Origin: an uncultured delta proteobacterium
GTDB taxonomy: Bacteria > Myxococcota > Myxococcia > Myxococcales > Anaeromyxobacteraceae
NCBI GenBank assembly: GCA_963845515.1
Contig: CAWJSR010000005.1
Span: forward strand, 1 to 11,595
Reading direction: 5' to 3'
DNA: 11,595 bases
Each line of letters begins with the position of its first letter. The first letter of the stretch is position 1. Shown in pieces: positions 8,046 to 11,595 of the stretch. Made by a program: the position numbers and the translations under genes. A model generated the notes under the pieces. It saw only the letters and a list, made by a program, of their open reading frames with translations. It searched no databases and was not told where the DNA came from.

Positions 8046-8302
8046 GGGGGGGCGTCCGTGAGCCCGAGCAGCGCACTGTAACGCGCTGGCTGGTACCCCT
8101 CCACGCTCTCGCCGCCGATCCGGACGAACGGGAATCCCTTCACGCCCTCGGCGTCCAGCTCCTGCATGATCCTGGCCTGGGAAGCCGCGTCCGCCAGGTC
8201 GTAGTCCGTGTACTGGAACTGGACCCCGTGGTCGGCGAAGAACTTCTTCGCCTTTCGGCACCAGGGGCAGGTGGAGAGCGTGTACATCGTGACCGTCTTC
8301 AT
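8042..8302 (-). CDS. Glutaredoxin / NrdH-like redoxin (86 aa)
   Basis: VTMYTLSTCPWCRKAKKFF active site and cis-Pro motif GFPFVRIGGESVEGY. AAGGGAG SD upstream. Confidence 0.92.
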   Translation of the reverse strand: MKTVTMYTLSTCPWCRKAKKFFADHGVQFQYTDYDLADAASQARIMQELDAEGVKGFPFVRIGGESVEGYQPARYSALLGLTDAPP

Positions 8303-8314
8303 CTCGGGCTCCCT

Positions 8315-8620
8315 TCAGTCGAGGCCGACGAACAGCTTCCCTTCCTCGGACCTCACCGGGTAGACGGCGAGCCCCAGCTCCGGCGCGTCCAGGAAGCGTC
8401 CGCTCCGGACGTCGTATCGCCAGTCGTGACACGGGCAGGTGAGGACGTGCCCCTGGAGCAGCGCGCCGGAGAGCGGGCAAGCCATGTGGGCGCACTTGCC
8501 GGAGAGCGCGTACAGGGCGCCGGCGACACGCGCGACGATGACGTGGACTCCTAGCGGGTAGACCGGCGCGAGGGCGCCCTCGGGCAACGCCGCGTCCTCC
8601 AGCACGTACGTCCACCTCAC
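8315..8620 (-). CDS. Rieske [2Fe-2S] ferredoxin (101 aa)
   Basis: MRWTYV...LYALSGKCAHMACPL...LTCPCHDWRYDVRSG carries both Rieske boxes. GGAGG SD lies 5 nt upstream of GTG 8620. Confidence 0.9.
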   Translation of the reverse strand: MRWTYVLEDAALPEGALAPVYPLGVHVIVARVAGALYALSGKCAHMACPLSGALLQGHVLTCPCHDWRYDVRSGRFLDAPELGLAVYPVRSEEGKLFVGLD

Positions 8621-8691
8621 CGGAACCTCCGCTTCCTCCACGCCGCATGGCGCCGCTGTGAGAGCATCGACGTATCGCCCCGGAGAATCGA

Positions 8692-10333
8692 CTACCCCTG
8701 GGGGGCGACCCATTCGCCGGCGGAGTCGCGAGCGGCATGCGCCGCACCTGCCCGACTCGCCCGGAGCGTGGCGTAGAGCGCGCCGAGCCCGACGAGCAGC
8801 GCGAGGAACCGGACCGCCGCGCCGAGGACCGGCACGAGCCCGACGGCGAAGAGGGCGAGCCAGCCGAGGGCCGTCGCGCCCAGGAAGCGCCCCGCCCCCG
8901 CGCCCGGGCGGAGGATCCTGCGCCCGAGCAGGACGGCCACGGCGATGGAGGCCAGGTAGCAGGCGGCCAGGTAGGCGCCGAAGGTCATGAGCGCCAGCGG
9001 GATGCCGAAGAGGGTGAGCGCCACGAAGAGGCAGGCGGCCGGCACCGTCACCAGCAGGACGAAGCCGACGCCCATCCAGCGCCCCACCTCCGCGGCGTCG
9101 CGCGGCGAAGCCGGGACGGCGCCGGGGGCGAGCCGGCGCGCGAGGAGCGCGACGAGGAGCGCCGCGAGCAGCCCGAAGACGCCCCGGAAGACGTTCCACC
9201 CCGCCCGCCCCTCGTGATGGTCCGCGGCCATCTCCGGGTGGACCGTCACGTCCCGGGCGCCCGCGATCGCGGCCCCCTCTGCGATCCGGAGCGCCCCGTC
9301 GCGCGGGACGCGGCCGTGCAGGTCACCGCCGACCCGCGCCGTCCGGTCGACGAGGCCACCCTCGGTCCAGGCGGCGAGGTGGCGGCCGACCGACCCAGAC
9401 ACGTAGAGCTCGCGCCCGCCCAGGTCGACGTCGCGCCCCACCGTCCCCTCGATCCGGAGCTGCTCCGCGCCGCCGGCGAGATCCTCGGCGACCGTCGCCT
9501 CCGGCGTCAGCGTCACCTGCCGGCCGGCGAGCCAGGCGCTCCGGCCCACCCGCGACTCGAGCCGCAGCGTGCCGCCGGCAGCGTGGACGTTCCCCTCCAC
9601 CGCGCCCAGGATCTCCACGTCCTCGCCGGCGACGTAGAGGTCCCCCGAGACCGTCCCGCGGATCACGACGTGGCGGCCGGCCGCGACGGCATCGCCGCGG
9701 ACCTTCCCGGCCAGCGTGACGCGCTGGCCGGTGAGCACCACCCGCCCCTCGACGGTCTCCTCGGGCCCCAGCGTGACGACGTCCCCGTGACGGGCTTCGA
9801 AGGCGCGCGCCGGGGCCGGGCCGCCGGCGACCGCCGCGAGAAGCGCGAGCAGCGACAGGGAGCGCGCGGCGCCCCCCCCGCGCAGGCCGCGGGTCGCGAC
9901 GAGCAGGGCCAGCAGCGTCGCGGCCGCAGTGGTGGCGATGCCGAGTGCGTAGGTGATCATGACCGTTCCTCCATCCTCGAGTGAGAAGAGCCCGTCGAAG
10001 GCGAGCGAGACCAGCGTCCCGGCCCCGAGCGACCGGAGCCAGTACGGCGCCCGCGCGGCCTCGCCGAGCAGGGCCGACGACAGGAGCGCGGCGGCCGAGC
10101 CGAGCAGCAGGATGAGGAGCCCTTCCCGCGGCGCGGGGCGCGCCGGCACCACCGCGTCCGCAGGGACTCGTCGCACGGCGTCCGCGAGCAGCGCGTCCTC
10201 CGCCCGCGCGGGCTGAGAGGGCCGTTCGGCAGGCGGCGCAGGTGCCGAGGTGGCGCTCGACCACGGCGGCGCCCACGGGGTCCAGCTCCCCGTCGGCGAA
10301 GGTGAGCAGCGTCAGCTCGTCCAGGCAGCTCAT
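8692..10333 (-). CDS. Zinc-finger (zf-HC2) anti-sigma factor fused to bactofilin-like repeats and a multi-TM C-terminus; apparent 1-nt insertion near 10210-10212 (546 aa if corrected)
   Basis: ATG 10333 overlaps the sigma stop (ATGA). MSCLDELTLLTFADGELD...VERHLGTCAAC is an HxxxCxxC zinc anti-sigma motif. Deleting one base joins it to ARAEDALLADAVRR of the 8692..10176 ORF, which has ~15-aa G-x-V-x-G-[DN] repeats and several hydrophobic helices. Confidence 0.8.
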
Positions 10334-10911
10334 GGCTCGTCCTCCAGCGGCGGGCCGGCGGCGCCCATGGCGACGCGCAGCGCGCGCTTGGCCCGGTGCA
10401 GGAGCACCGCGGCGTTCTGCTTCGTGACGCCGAGCTCGTCGGCGATCTGCTGGTAGCTCAGCTCGCGCTGGTAGCGGAGCACGAGGACCACCCGGTGCCG
10501 GTCCGCCAACGCGTCCATCGCCCGCTCGAGCTGCGCCACCTGCTCGCGCCCCTCCACGCGCGCGAGCGGCGCCGGCTCGGCGGCGGCGCCGTCGCCCTCT
10601 GGGGGCGCCTCCGCGAAGTGGGCCCGCTCCAGCCCGCGGCGCCGAAGGAGGTTGAGGCAGTGGTGGCTCGCGGTGGCGAGCAGCCAGGGGGCGACGGGAC
10701 GGCCGGCATCCAGGCGTGGGAGCGAGCGGCTCATCTTGAGGAAGATCTCGTTCACCGCCTCCTCGACCTCCGGGCACGGCCCCAGGAGCCGCCGGCAGAG
10801 CCCGGCCACGCGCCGAGCGTGGCGCGCATAGAGCGCCTCGAAGGCGCGGGAGTCCCCGGCCAGCGCACTTCGGACCAGCTCCGGCTCGTCGCCTTCGTCC
10901 ATCGTGGACAC
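10330..10911 (-). CDS. ECF-type RNA polymerase sigma-70 factor (start GTG 10911 or ATG 10902)
   Basis: Region 2: GDSRAFEALYARH...EEAVNEIFLK...WLLATASHHCLNLLRR. Region 4: MDALADRHRVVLVLRYQRELSYQQIADELGV...LLHRAKRALR. Coupled to a downstream zinc anti-sigma gene. Confidence 0.93.
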   Translation of the reverse strand: MSTMDEGDEPELVRSALAGDSRAFEALYARHARRVAGLCRRLLGPCPEVEEAVNEIFLKMSRSLPRLDAGRPVAPWLLATASHHCLNLLRRRGLERAHFAEAPPEGDGAAAEPAPLARVEGREQVAQLERAMDALADRHRVVLVLRYQRELSYQQIADELGVTKQNAAVLLHRAKRALRVAMGAAGPPLEDEP

Positions 10912-10923
10912 GCTCCACCCGGT

Positions 10924-10952
10924 GAATACACGCGGCCCGGGGGAAGATTACG
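10924..10952 (-). promoter_or_regulatory. Candidate ECF-type autoregulatory promoter (GTAAT-N17-GTATT)
   Basis: The minus strand reads CGTAATcttcccccgggccgCGTGTATT, two AT-rich blocks at ECF-like spacing just upstream of the sigma gene. It resembles the general ECF -35 (G.AA[C/T]) and -10 (CGT) elements; matched by eye only. Confidence 0.3.
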
Positions 10953-11172
10953 GCTCCCGGCAGAGTCCGCTTCCACGCCCCGTCTGGGCGCTTCGATCCC
11001 GTGGGGGCATGGAGAGGGCCATCAGGGAGCTCTCCGGACAGGGCGGCCAAGGCCGGATAGTCGCGAAGTGGCCGCCTTGAAGGATCCGCGCCCGACGCTC
11101 TCCGGGACCCCGTGACCACATCCGCCGATTCAGCACTCCTCCCCGAGGCGCGCACTGCGCCGTTCCATCCCG

Positions 11173-11505
11173 TCAGAGGGTGATGACCTGGTCGATCCGG
11201 ACCCCAGCCAGCGCGCCGTAGAGATCCGGGAAGCATCCGATCGGGATCCCGTCGATCAGCTTGTCGGCGATCTGGCGCTGGCAGCAGCACTGGTCGCAAC
11301 CCATGAGCAGCATCCCACTCTTCCTGGCGACCGCCGCGAGGCGCTCGCCGGTCGGGTTGCCGCGCACCAGCAGGTAGTTGTTGTCCACGAAGAAGAACAT
11401 GCCGGCGACGGTCGCGCCGTGGCGGCCCTCCTCCAGCTGCGGGACGATCATCTTCTCGAGGATGAAGGAGGCGTTTGGCGTGGCGAAGACGTAGGCGACC
11501 TTCAC
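11173..11505 (-). CDS. DsrE-like sulfur-relay protein, resembling the SaoD/DsrE family (110 aa)
   Basis: MKVAYVF...PQLEEGRHG..VAGMFFFVDN...LLMGCDQCC..R....GCFPDLY matches the DsrE-fold pattern (FFxD, CxxCxxxR). AAGGGAG SD precedes the GTG start. The SaoD assignment is from recall of the family, not a search. Confidence 0.8.
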   Translation of the reverse strand: MKVAYVFATPNASFILEKMIVPQLEEGRHGATVAGMFFFVDNNYLLVRGNPTGERLAAVARKSGMLLMGCDQCCCQRQIADKLIDGIPIGCFPDLYGALAGVRIDQVITL

Positions 11506-11595
11506 GAGATGGCTCCCTTGGGTGAAGCGCCCGCGGGACGCGGTACCGCAGCCGCGACGAGCGACGCGCGATCCAGGTGAACGGGGTGCACCCCC

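Noticed and set aside
8693..8705. TACCCCTGGGGGG resembling a CsoR/RcnR-type operator upstream of the Rieske gene
   Set aside because: Only one half-site matches and it coincides with the last codons and stop of the anti-sigma gene; easily chance in GC-rich DNA.
11029..11105. 8-bp inverted repeat GGCGGCCA/TGGCCGCC flanked by GCTCTCCGG direct repeats; 62-aa ORF 10948..11136
   Set aside because: No U-tract, no recognisable RNA family or IS end, and the ORF has no motif and poor SD spacing; short GC repeats are expected by chance.
9323..11299. 658-aa minus-strand ORF
   Set aside because: Mostly shadow frame of the sigma and anti-sigma genes; only about 10213-10333 (the zf-HC2 domain) looks like real coding sequence.
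1..11595. tRNA, rRNA, CRISPR array, transposase or integrase
   Set aside because: No regular repeat-spacer pattern, cloverleaf or mobile-element ORF seen; nearly all the sequence is explained by CDSs.

Overview
Very GC-rich bacterial DNA; gene content and codon style suggest Myxococcota/Anaeromyxobacter-like (inference only). Plus strand, in order: the 3' end of an unknown CDS; a RibD-C/dihydrofolate-reductase-family gene; a short aldo/keto-reductase relic; an intact methylcitrate operon (prpB-prpC-prpD); and a compact three-gene ubiquitin-like module. That module comprises a stand-alone E2-like protein (4844-5227), a hidden ~65-aa protein ending ...HAVFAARG that the ORF track misses because of a +1 frameshift (5240-5438), and a JAB/JAMM + Cys-less E2-like + ThiF/E1 fusion whose only E1 cysteines are the two CxxC pairs (5431-7278). 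Minus strand, in transcription order: a DsrE-like (SaoD-like) protein, an ECF sigma factor, a frameshifted zf-HC2 anti-sigma with a bactofilin-like domain and many TM helices, and a Rieske - glutaredoxin - ferredoxin:thioredoxin reductase catalytic subunit - Rieske redox cassette. The ubiquitin-like module is the best candidate for an undescribed system. Both single-base frameshifts may be sequencing or assembly errors.
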